Positions 30,902 through 42,564 of a stretch of DNA of 64,000 bases are shown here, piece after piece. The translations under genes and the position numbers were made by a program. A model generated the notes under the pieces. The model saw nothing but the letters and a program-made list of their open reading frames with translations, did no database searches and was not told where the DNA came from. The stretch comes from Eledone cirrhosa (lineage: Eukaryota), in contig OZ024741.1 in NCBI GenBank assembly GCA_964016885.1, positions 248,310,001 to 248,374,000 on the forward strand. The letters are read 5' to 3'. Positions within the stretch are counted from its first letter, which is position 1; each line of letters begins with the position of its first letter.

Positions 30902-32093
30902 CATGTGGAGGTATGAGTACATATTCGTGTGTGTACGTATGTGTATGTGTGTTTTTATGTGTCTCAATATGTTTTTGTGTATGTATGTGGATGTATTTGT
31001 ACATGGGTGTGTGATTGATGGTGTGTGCCTATATATTCCTACATATGCCCGTGTGTGTATGTACGTATATGCGCACATATGTGTGTGTTGAACAAAGGAC
31101 TAACTTTGGGATGGACGTAGAAAAATTCTTCAGGAAAAAAAGAAAAAAAGAATTATTTACAAACTTGACAGGTGCGATTTGCCTGTGACCATTCTCAACA
31201 CAAAAGCAATGCTAAAAGCTTTTTCCCCTGAATAAAGGAATTCTTCGAGAATGACCGGGGCAGGCCGCACTTGCTACATTTCTCCCCACCCAACCCTACT
31301 CGCCGTCTCAACTCATTACTGCTATGAACACTTTTTCAACACACCTACACCCATGCACTTATTAAAGGGGGAGAAAAGAAACCCCCACCACACCACAGAC
31401 ATGTTAAATCCCTATATATAGAACAACACACCACATACACATCAGTTTGACAAGCGCACCTTAGCGTGAAAGGTCTTTCTAAAAACGAAATAATACCTCC
31501 TACATTAACCAAGAACTCCTAAGACCTAACCAACAACCAACAACTTAATTTATAAAATAATTTTTTTAAGAAAAATTCTTTTTGGATTTTGTGAAGAAAA
31601 TAAATTTGTTGAAAGCACAAGTGAAGCCATTTTTTCTTCCCCCCTGTCTTAATATACCTAACTGTACCAAGGATTACACACATTTTCCAATATATATATA
31701 TATGTGTGTGTGTGTCACCATCCACCACCTCCACCACTACTACCACCACCATCACTGACACCCTACACCATCATAAACATGACTGACACCATCCACCACC
31801 ACCATTCACCACCACCACCATCATCACCAGCGTAAAGCAAACAATTATTATTATTATATAAAAACTGAACTGGACTGGGAAAAGACAACAGTTGACATGA
31901 TTTTGATTTTGTATCAGTACTGCCGGTAATATATATATATATATGTGTGTGTGTATGTGAGTGGTGTGTGTGTTTGTATGCATGAGTGTTGGTGTCTGAG
32001 TAGCGTGTGTGTTTGTAGTTTGTATGCATGAGTGTTGGTGTGTGTGTGCGTGCCTGTCGTGTCAATAAGTATTTTTTTGTTTGTTATTTTTAT

Positions 32094-35000
32094 GACCATG
32101 CTGTAAAATGGTTGGGTAGAGAGGGCCCTTGAGTCTAGTAAGACATCCTCTCTAGTGCTGGTGGCACAAATAAAAGCACCTAGTCCATGCTGTAAAGTGG
32201 CGCGGGTGTTAGGAAGGGCTTCTAACCAGTGTATCAATGCCAAAGCGCTTGGCAACACAGCAACAAATAGATAGGAACAACAACAAAATATGAAGATGTC
32301 GCATCTCAGAGTTGTAACACTTAGTGTTGGCACTCTCAGAGGTAGATCTGCTGAAATAGCGGAGATGCTGGAGAGAAGGCATGTGGATGTGTGCTGCATG
32401 CAAGAGGTGAGATGGAGAGGTGCCCCTGTGAGACTAGTCGTAGGAAAACATCTTAGCTATAAGCTTTTCTGGGTAGATAAGGATGATGGGTTAGGGGCAG
32501 TAGGCATTTTCCTGGCTGAGAGATGGATCAATAAGACAATAGAGGTAGTTCGAGTTAGTAATCGAATAATTAAGCTTAGATTAGTTATAGGAAAGGAGAC
32601 TACTGACAATCATCTCTGCCTATGCTCCCCAAGTAGGCCTAGGCAAAGATGAGAAAGACTGCTTTTACGAGCAACTTTTACATACAACCGCAATGACAGA
32701 GGACGGAGACATCGTTATGCTAGCAGGGGACTTCAATGGTCATGTTAGACAGCTCCAGGATGGTTACACTGGGGTACATGGTGGGCACGGTTACGACTCA
32801 AGAAATGAAGAAGGAGTGAGACTTCTTGAATTTTGTGATGCAAGTACACTGACTATTTGCAAACAAACTTCCAGAAACTGCCAATCACCTAATAACCTAC
32901 AAATCTGGCGAGCACATAAGCCAGATTGACTTCTTACTAGTTAGGCAGCGGGACAGGCAGATAGCAAGGCATACCCTGGGGAAGAATGTACCCCACAGCA
33001 TAGGTTAGACGTTAGTGATATCTCAGTAAGCAAGAGATGAAATGAGACATACAGGAAGGTGTGGAGAAGAAAGGTCTGGAAGCTAAAAGACCTTTCACTA
33101 AAATACAAATTTAGGAAAGCCCTTCAATGACGAAAAAGAAGACGATTTAGAGACGTATGACATAGATAATAACTGGAATTTCTTACGTAACAACTTACTG
33201 CAGGCTACTAATGAAACTTGTGGCTGGAGCAGAGCTCCAACCAGACAGAGATTGACCTGGTAGTGGAACAGCACAGTAGATAAGGCCATTAGAGACAAAA
33301 GACTAGCATGGAAGGCTTGGAAAAAGGGTGGGAGTAGGGAAGAATATACAGCCGCTAAGAGAGAAGCTAGACGTCAGGTGTACTTAGCACGCAGGGAGGC
33401 TGAGAGTAGGAGGTTTGCCAATGTTCTGCGACGGGAAGATCAGAAGCTTGCTGTGTTCGACATTGCAAGGCAGTGTGTCAGTGCAAATCAGGATGTTGTT
33501 GGAAATAAATGTGTCCGGAATGATACTGGTGTACTTAGTGTCACGAATGATCAGAAAAAACAGGCCTGGAAATGTCATTATGAGAGATTGATGAATGTGG
33601 AGAACGAATGGGAAAGAGAGAAATTACCCTTAGTAGATCCGACAGAGGGACCAGCCATTGAGATTGATGAATATAGGGTCCAAGAGGCGATTAAGGAAAT
33701 GAAAAATGGTAAGGCTGCTGGACCATCGGCAATAGTTGCTGAGATGCTGAAGGCATCAGGGACGTAGGCACTAAACTGGTTGCATGCATCATCAATCAGG
33801 CTATATATGGTGGTGTCATACTCAAAGACTGGTGCAGCAGTATTCTCATAAATTGCTACAAAGGTAAAGGGGATGCTCTGGAGAGGAGCAATTATAGGGG
33901 TATAAAACTGATGGATCAGGTTATGAAATTGGCAGAAAGGATATTAGCACAACTAATTAGAGAAAGGGTCAAACTAGATGCGATGCAGTTTGGTTTTGTG
34001 CCTGGGAAGAGTACAACAGATGCCCTCTTCTTGGTGAGACAATTGCAAGGGAGGTTCTTAGAGAAAAATAAGCCACTATACTTAGCCTTTGTTGACCTAG
34101 AGAAGGCCTTTGATAGGGTACCCCGATCTGTCATCTGGTCGTCCCTAAGGAAACTAGGTGTTGAGGAATGGCTTGTGAGGACAGTGGAAACTTTGAGGTA
34201 CTCTCAGTAAAGTCAGGGTAGGAATGGAGTTTAGTGAGGAATTCCAGATACAAGTAGGAGTACATCAATGTTCGGTCCTCAGCTCGCTCTTGTTCATTAT
34301 AGTCCTCCAAGCCATAACAGAGGAGTTTAAGACTGGCTGTCCATGGGAACTTCTCTATGCTGACGATTTGATTCTTATAGGAGAATCAGTAGAGGAGCTA
34401 GAGAATAAATTCTGGCTATGGAAACAGCAGTTGGAAGCAAGAGGACTGAGAGTGAACCTAGCTAAGACAAAAGTGTTGATGAGTAGAAAAGAGGATAAAA
34501 CTCTGATTCCGCCAGGGAAATGGCCATGTTCGATATGTAGAAAAGGAACTGGCAGGCATAAATTCTATAAAATGCACACAATGCAGATCCTGGGTACACA
34601 AGAGATGTAGCGGGATAGCAGGCAAACTAACAGGTAGGGAGAAATATATATGCAGTAGATGTACAGGGAAATTAGACAGTAGAAGTCACATTGATAGACA
34701 CATTTTTCAAATGCAGGAGGGTGCTATAGAAGTGGTGGGTAGCTTCCGGTACCTAGGAGATCAGATTAGCATGGGAGGGGAGGGGGGGGGGGGGAGGGTT
34801 CCGAGGCCATAGATTCTAGAAGAAGGACGGGTTGGAAGAAGTTTAGGGAGCTGCTTCCTCTGCTGACGAAGAAGGGTTTCTCCCTGCGTACGAGATGCCT
34901 GTGTGAGGAGCGCGATGTTGCATCGTAGTGAGACATGAGCAGCAACTGCAGAGGATATGCGACGGCTGGAAAGAAATGAGGCAAGCATGTTCCGTTGGAT

Positions 35001-35355
35001 GTGCAGTGTAAATGTGCGTGAACGACCCAGCATGAATGTGTTGAGAGAGAAACTGGGTGTGAGAGGGATAGAATGTAGTGTACGGGAGAGGAGACTGAGG
35101 TGGTATGGACATGTGATGCGCATGGAGGATGACCGATGGGTGGAGAAGTGCCAGTTGAAGGAAGACGTGGTAGAGGTAGACCACGAAAAACATGTGCGGA
35201 GGTGGGGTGGTGAGAACAGACCTCAGATCGTTGAAGCTCACGGTGGAGATGACGAAGGACCGTGACAAGGGGAGAGATGCTGTGCTGAATAAGACCCGTC
35301 CCACCCTTGCAAGCAGGGAAGAGCGGACGTAAAATGATGATGATGATGATGATGA
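32094..35355 (+). mobile_element. Second decayed RTE-clade LINE of the same PHD-containing group, with 5' UTR and (GAT)n tail
   Basis: TLSVGTLRGRS/CCMQE, AGDFNGH, FVDLEKAFD, LLYADD and [11 protein letters not shown] motifs across broken frames. Ends ...GCGGACGTAAA(ATG)n at ~35335-35355. Confidence 0.92.
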
Positions 35356-35607
35356 TATATATATATATATGTATATATATATATGTATATATATATGTAT
35401 ATATATATATATATATACGTATATATATATATATGTATATATATATATGTATATATATATATATTTATATATATATGTATATATATATATATGTATATGT
35501 ATATGTATGTATATATATATATATGTATATATATGTATATATATGTATGTATATATATATATGTATATATATATATATGTATATATATGTATATATATAT
35601 ATGTATA

Positions 35608-35664
<57 letters not shown>

Positions 35665-35675
35665 GCATATATATG

Positions 35676-35706
<31 letters not shown>

Positions 35707-35741
35707 GTATATATATATGTATATATATATATGTATATATG

Positions 35742-35792
<51 letters not shown>

Positions 35793-36001
35793 ATATGTAT
35801 ATATATATATATATATGTATATATATGTATATATATGTATATATATGTATATATATATATATATATGTATATGTATATATATATATGTATATATATGTAT
35901 ATATATGTATATATATATGTATATATATATGTATATATATATAAACGGAAAAAATGAAACGAAATTTCATTTCTCACTCTTAGTACGGCTGTTACTTAAA
36001 T

Positions 36002-36256
36002 ATAAGTACGTACACGTACATACATATATGTATACAGACGTACAGTAGTATGTATACATACATGCACACATATATATATGTATGTATGGATTCACCGAAT
36101 ATTTATTATAATGCTCGGTGTGTTTATTAATAATAATTAATTATAATAAATGTTCGGTGAATCCATACGTACATATATATATGTGTGCATGTATGTATAT
36201 ATATACATACTACTGTACGTCTGTATACATATATGTATGTACGTATACATACTTAT
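36002..36256. repeat. Inverted repeat with ~110-bp arms
   Basis: ...GTATACAGACGTACAGTAGTATG...GGATTCACCGAATATTTATTATAAT / ATTATAATAAATGTTCGGTGAATCC...CATACTACTGTACGTCTGTATAC... Confidence 0.85.
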
Positions 36257-36258
36257 AT

Positions 36259-36309
<51 letters not shown>

Positions 36310-36543
36310 TATATAAAAACCGCGATAATATTGCTATATGCTGAACTCCATACATTTGTTGAAGTTTTTTCGGAATGTTTTGACTGCTGTCTCTTGTAAA
36401 CAGACATTCGTCTCATTCTGACGTCACCAGCCATGTTTCTCGATGTGTGTTTATTTTCATAATTCAGCACGAGGTGAACTAGCCTGCTTTTAAATTCCCT
36501 TTCTGGCATATTTTGGCAGTAAATTTTGGTTATCGTGTTGAGC

Positions 36544-36620
36544 TCTACTGATGAACGATTCCAACCGTGACTAATCCAACTGAAAAGTTTCGTGAAATAG
36601 TCTTTTTAAGACTATATAGA
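36544..36620 (+). ncRNA. Type I hammerhead ribozyme
   Basis: TCTA-CTGATGA-ACGA[31 nt]TCGT-GAAA-TAGTCTT/TTT/AAGACTA-TA-TAGA. All three stems and the core are present; predicted cut after 36616. Confidence 0.75.
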
Positions 36621-36819
36621 ACATTTGTAGTTTTTCCAAATTGAAGGATGAGTATTTAAACTTTATTTTATTCTGAGTTAAGACTCTATTGGGCTTTTTC
36701 CCTGGATTTCACAAAATCTGTGGATAAAATCTCTGTCTTGATTTTTTTTTTGATTGAGTTTGAATTATTTTCCCATGTCTTACGTTAAATATTTTCCATT
36801 TTGACGTTACAGTCACTTA

Positions 36820-37760
36820 TCTCTACTTATATATATAACCAGCAATTTCTCTGTCTGTCTGTCCGACAGTGGAAACACGTGCGTAGAGAGAGAGTGAGAG
36901 TGAAAGAAAGAGACAGACTACGAGAGGGGGATAGCGGGAGGGAGAGAGGGAGAGAGAGAGAGTGAATAGACGCTAAAACACGTGCTACAGAAATATTACC
37001 TTCCCCTCTCCACTGACTTTGGTCACTGAGGCCGAGGGAATCGCTAGTTGCTATAGAGACACCTTGCACAAGCCAGAAGTAACCAGTTCGAGGCGGTTCT
37101 GACTTGACACCATGCGAAGAAGGTTGCCATTGAATTTGTGGTTTGAAAAAGGTTGCCATTTAATTTGTGGTTGTTGCTGCTGATAATAAGGACCATTTGA
37201 AGAAGGTTGCTGCTGATGAGGTAATTTATTAATCAGATTACGCAGTTCCATAACCTACGTTTGATTTGTTCAATTTTTTTCTTCAATTTTTTTTTTATTT
37301 TTTTTTTTTATTTCTTATTGAAAAAATATAAATAATAAAATAATGTTAGAAATTTAAATACAATTAAATACGATTTAATTTCCATTTCCAGCAGCCAATG
37401 TCCAGTGTTCAATTTCATGAAAAAATTGGAAATAATTAAAAAAATTGAAGTTTAACTTTTGAACATTTGTTTTGACAAGAAAAAAATATTTCCTTATTCA
37501 CACCTAATGGTATGATTAAAATTTCATAGGAATATTTATTTCTAACCGCCAGTTATTTATTTTCTCCTTTTTCGTTTTAACATATTTATTTCAAAGATTT
37601 CACCGTATAGATAACATATATATTTATACATGCATAAAAGACACACCGAGAGACGGTGAACATGTGGTGCCGAAAACATTTCTCATCGAAATCTCAACAA
37701 TATCAATATATACACTAGATTTGCTAGCAGAAAACCGCCCACCGGGTGGTTTTCTGCTAG
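36820..37760 (+). mobile_element. Non-autonomous Helitron-like element H1
   Basis: A|TC start (TCTCTACTTATATATATAACCAGC...GTCTGTCTGTCC); ends in a GC hairpin plus CTAG. Confidence 0.7.
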
Positions 37761-38094
37761 TCTCCTTATAATATATAACCAGCAATTTCTCTGTCTGTCT
37801 GTCCGACAGTGGAAACACGTGCGCGCGTGCGAATGTTTTTTGCGCACGCGGAGAGAGAGAGTGAGAGTGAAAGAAAGAGACAGATTACGAGAGGGGGATA
37901 GCGGGAGGGAGAGATGGGGGAATTGAGGAGTGCTACAGAAACATATATACATTTCTGTGTGTGTGTAATATATATATATATATATACACACACAGAAATA
38001 TATATATATACACACAGAAATATATATACATTTCTGTGTGTGTAATATATATATATACTAGCAGAAAACCACGCGGTGGGCGGTTTTCTGCTAG
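37761..38094 (+). mobile_element. Non-autonomous Helitron-like element H2 (same 5' end as H1)
   Basis: TC start immediately after the H1 CTAG; first ~150 bp resemble H1; ends hairpin plus CTAG. Confidence 0.65.
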
Positions 38095-38951
38095 TCTATA
38101 TATATAAAACAGAGGATGTCTGTCTGTGTGTCTGTTTCCCTAAAACTCGAGAAGTACCCAATCGTTTTTTTTCAAACTTTACACATATAACCCGTATTGC
38201 CCCGGAAGTGTTTTGGGCAAAAATATTCTCAAATTTTCAATGCCCTAGGGACCGCATTAGGCGATTTAGCGATCTCTTTCTCTTTTTCTTAGTCTTTCTC
38301 TTTTTAGATAGTTACATAGATATGACGTCGCGCCTTCATAATATCTGTCTGTAAGCCTGACTGTCTGCATTAAGTCATTATGACGCGATCAGTGTGTGTG
38401 TGTGTGTATATATTATTATGCCAGGGAACGTCTTCACGAACCAAAGTATCGTCTTCCTGTTTTCCAGATTGATTTTTTTAGTTTAAGAAGATCCCGTTAA
38501 GGTTGAAAGCAGCGATTCTTTGCTTAAACATTAATATTTTATTTTAATATAGATATTCGTGTACAGATGTTTTTCATACACAAAAACAAAATATAAACAA
38601 ACAAGGTCAAAGATTATATCAGTTAGTCTTAGTGTACTTCATACTGCTTTTAGGTAGAATATCCCGTTAAGGGTGAAAGCAGCGATTCATTTTCTGCGTT
38701 CACAGATTGATTTTTTTAGTTTCAGAAGATCCCGTTAAGTGTGAAAGCAGGGATTCTTTGCTTAAACTTTAATCTGTTATTTTAATATATATATATATAT
38801 AATTATATATTCATGGACAGATATTTTTGCATACACAATAACAAAATATAAACAAACGTATTTATTTCACGTGGCTCGATAAGGATAAATATATATGAAA
38901 TATATAAGAACCCTAGAGCAAATCCCGAGCAACGCCGGGCCATTCTGCTAG
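38095..38951 (+). mobile_element. Non-autonomous Helitron H3
   Basis: TCTATATATATAAAACAGAGGATGTCTGTCTG start; CCCGAGCAACGCCGGG hairpin then CTAG|T; internal tandem subrepeats. Confidence 0.85.
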
Positions 38952-39562
38952 TCTATATATATAAAACAGAGGATGTCTGACTGTGTGTCTGTGAGTTCGA
39001 ATCCCTAAAGCCCGAGAAGTAACCAACCGATTTTTTTCAAACTTTACATGTGTATTACTTATCTTTCAAGGAGTGTTATGCACATAAAATTCAACTTTCT
39101 GATCTCCTAGGGCCCGCATTAGATGAAAAACTGCGTTCTTTCCAGCTAATTAGGCTTTTTTTTAGGCATTACGTCAGACCGATTTCCTTGAAATTGTAAC
39201 TATGTATTAGTCAGTCCCTTCTTCATACCGTGAGCAAAGAAAATCCAACTTTTTTATGGCATAGGGCCCGCATTAGGTGAAAAACTTTTTTTTCAGCTTT
39301 TTAGGGCTTTTTTGAGGCGTTACGTCTAGCCGATTTCCCCGAAAATTCAAGGCATATTATGCACATAAAAAAAATTCATTTTCTCGATCCCTTAAGTGAA
39401 AACCTGGATTTTTCCTGCTTCATCGAGAAAAATCTTAAAGATTATCCAGCCATCAGAGTATTCGGTTTATTTTCTTTACATATTGTCCAGGCATGCAGTT
39501 TTTCCACGATTAGGTCTGTTCCAAAATACCTTACCCCGTGCAACGCCGGGTACCACTGCTAG
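38952..39562 (+). mobile_element. Non-autonomous Helitron H4
   Basis: Same TCTATATATATAAAACAGAGG start as H3; CCCGTGCAACGCCGGG hairpin then CTAG|T. Confidence 0.85.
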
Positions 39563-40369
39563 TATATTATGAAATACTGTTGGCTTCTTGCTCACATTAT
39601 TTTCTCTACTTTCATTTATATATGTATATATATATATGTATATGTATATATATATATATGCATATATATATATATGTATATGTATATATATAGATGTATA
39701 TATATGTATATGTATATATATATATGTATATATATGTATATGTATATATATATGTATATATATATGTATATGTATATGTATATGTATATATATATATATG
39801 TATATGTATATGTATATATGTATATAAATATATATGTATGTATATATATATATATGTATATATATGTATATAAGTATATGTATATATATATATGTATATA
39901 TGTATGTGTACGGTTGGATAATACATGTTTCCCTATATGCATTTTGCATGTAGGGAGACATACTTTATTATTATTAATCTCCCCTGGTCGAGATAACATT
40001 TTGGTCGTTTTAACTGCTGCTATTTCTAGTGGCAGTACATTGACCTTTCCGCCCCTGCTTTCTATCTTTACACACGGCACTAGACAAGATTGTTTCTTCA
40101 TCTTACACTCTCATCTCGGGAACAGTTCTGTATGGCGCCAGTTCGTGATTTGAACTCTGGAATTTTATATTCTCCGAGCGAGAAGAACCCTCTGACGAAA
40201 GTCTTCTTCTCAATGGATTTCCGCATGGATTATCCATTTATTTTGAGACTTGAAACCGTAAGGTAAGGGTAATTACAGCAGGTACAGTGAACTTTTTAAA
40301 ATTTATTTTAAAACTTTTTCTTATTTGCTAAACCTTGATTATATATATGTATATATATGTATATATATA

Positions 40370-40476
<107 letters not shown>

Positions 40477-40542
40477 ATATGTATGTATATATATATATGT
40501 ATATATATATATGTATATATATATGTATGTATATATATATAT

Positions 40543-41152
40543 GTCAGGTCACCAGTTGGTGCTACTGGTAACATGTATCCCAGTACAACCTGTCTCATGG
40601 TCGGGTCGTTGGCGACTAAACTAGCAACCCCACAAAGGTTTCTTGGTGAGGAGAGTGACTTTGGACATCCTGCAGGACTAAAAACAAAACCTGTCAAAGG
40701 GCAAAGGAGCTCTTAAGAGTCAATGGCCATCCAAAATCACCGGGAGAGATGACCCCTTAGCCTTTGTCAAGGCAGAATTCTAAGAGAAGGAAAACTCTGA
40801 TATAACACCCGCAACCCTGATGGTATCCAATGATGTTGACTTGTTTTTATTTTTGGTAAATATCATCTTGCTTAAGAGAGTGGGACTGGCTTTGTGCAGT
40901 GCCTTTGCTCACTATAAAAGCTTCACGGCACAGGCATTGCTTTATATCTGGAGATTTCTCTGTACTTGTCGTCACATGGTACCATGGGCCCAGCGCTATG
41001 TGTCAATAATTGTCACAAGTGTAATGTTTGTACCAGAGTTTTCAAGTCGCTGGCTGGACTAAAATGTCACACTCGTTCAGCGCATCGGTAGGAGTTCTCC
41101 TACATGGATATAAAGTAGTGGCCGTACTCGAAAACGAGTTGGCAGCCACCAT
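40543..41152 (+). mobile_element. Non-autonomous bipartite RTE derivative (5'UTR joined to last zinc finger and 3' end)
   Basis: 40750-40940 resembles the RTE 5'UTR at 48790-49000. 41014-41090 encodes [25 protein letters not shown]. Ends GGCCGTACTCGAAAACGAGTTGGCAGCCACCAT, like 53220-53252. Confidence 0.75.
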
Positions 41153-41166
41153 GTATATATATATGT

Positions 41167-41561
41167 AGGGCAAAGTAGCTCTTAAGAGTCAATGGCCATC
41201 CAAAATCACAGGGGGAGATGACCCCTTAGCCTTTGTGAAGGCAGAATTCTAGGAGAAGGAAAACTCTGATATAACACCCGCAACCCTGATGGTATCCAAT
41301 GATGTTGACTTGTTCTTCTTTTTGGTAAATATCATCTTGCTTAAGAGAGTGGGACTGGCTTTGTGCAGTGCCTTTGCTCACTATAAAAGCTTCACGGCAC
41401 AGGCATTGCTTTATATCTGGAGATTTCTCTGTACTTGTCGTCACATAGTACCATGGGCCCAGCACTATGTGTCAATAATTGTCACAAGTGTAGTGTTTGT
41501 ACCAGAGTTTTCAAGTCACTGGCTGGACTAAAAAGTCACACTCGTTCAGCGCATCGGTAGG
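41167..41561 (+). repeat. Partial tandem copy of the 40698-41092 segment
   Basis: Roughly 95% identical by eye, offset 469 bp. Confidence 0.9.
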
Positions 41562-41570
41562 GATTATGTG

Positions 41571-41675
<105 letters not shown>

Positions 41676-41694
41676 GTATATATATATATGTATA

Positions 41695-41820
<126 letters not shown>

Positions 41821-41855
41821 TATATACATATATATGTATATATATATACATATAA

Positions 41856-41892
<37 letters not shown>

Positions 41893-41913
41893 CATATATA
41901 TATGTATATATTG

Positions 41914-41946
<33 letters not shown>

Positions 41947-41973
41947 GTATATATATATGTATGTATATATATG

Positions 41974-42007
<34 letters not shown>

Positions 42008-42243
42008 TGTATATATATATTTCGTTTCTGAATTTGTTTACCAAGATTCTTTATCTGAAATCGTGTGTTGAAACCGATATTGTTATACTTTGGGAGGGTC
42101 ATGTTGCCAATAAGAAACACACGCACCAGTTGCTTTCACTTCAATTTAATTTATTAAATATTTATAAGTTTACAAATTTATAAATTTATAAATTTCTGGT
42201 TGGTTGGTTGGTTCCACAACCAGATAGTTGTTTATATATATAT

Positions 42244-42288
42244 AGTCATAGTTCTTTCGTCACACACTCTGTGACCTCTTCAGTGACT
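42244..42288 (-). ncRNA. Minimal type I hammerhead in PLE pseudo-LTR
   Basis: Reverse complement of 45883-45927. Confidence 0.75.
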
Positions 42289-42564
42289 GGGGATTTCTTT
42301 CTTCGTTTCTGTGCCTTTCCTTTCTTCTATCCTACGCCATTTTGTTTGTGTGTGGGTTGCGTGCTCAGTTTGCGCATGCGCCACATCCGGGTGTCTGTGT
42401 GTGTGTTTGTGTTCATTTTTCTATTTTTCTATTTGTTTGTTTATTTATTTATTTATTGTTGGTTGGTTGTTTGTTCTATGTGTGTGTGTGTTTTCATTTT
42501 GTCTTGTGTGTGTTTTCAATTGTAAGTTGTTTGTTCTATGTGTGTGTGTGTTTTCATTTTGTCC

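Noticed and set aside
37213-37250. CTGATGA followed by a GTAAT/ATTAC stem
   Set aside because: Followed by GCAG rather than GAAA, with no stems I or III.
39910-40320. Complex sequence with a minus-strand ORF ([10 protein letters not shown]...)
   Set aside because: Stops upstream in the frames checked, runs into a microsatellite, no recognisable domain.
40698-41561. Duplication offset of 469 bp equals the period of the hammerhead array
   Set aside because: No sequence similarity between the two; treated as coincidence.
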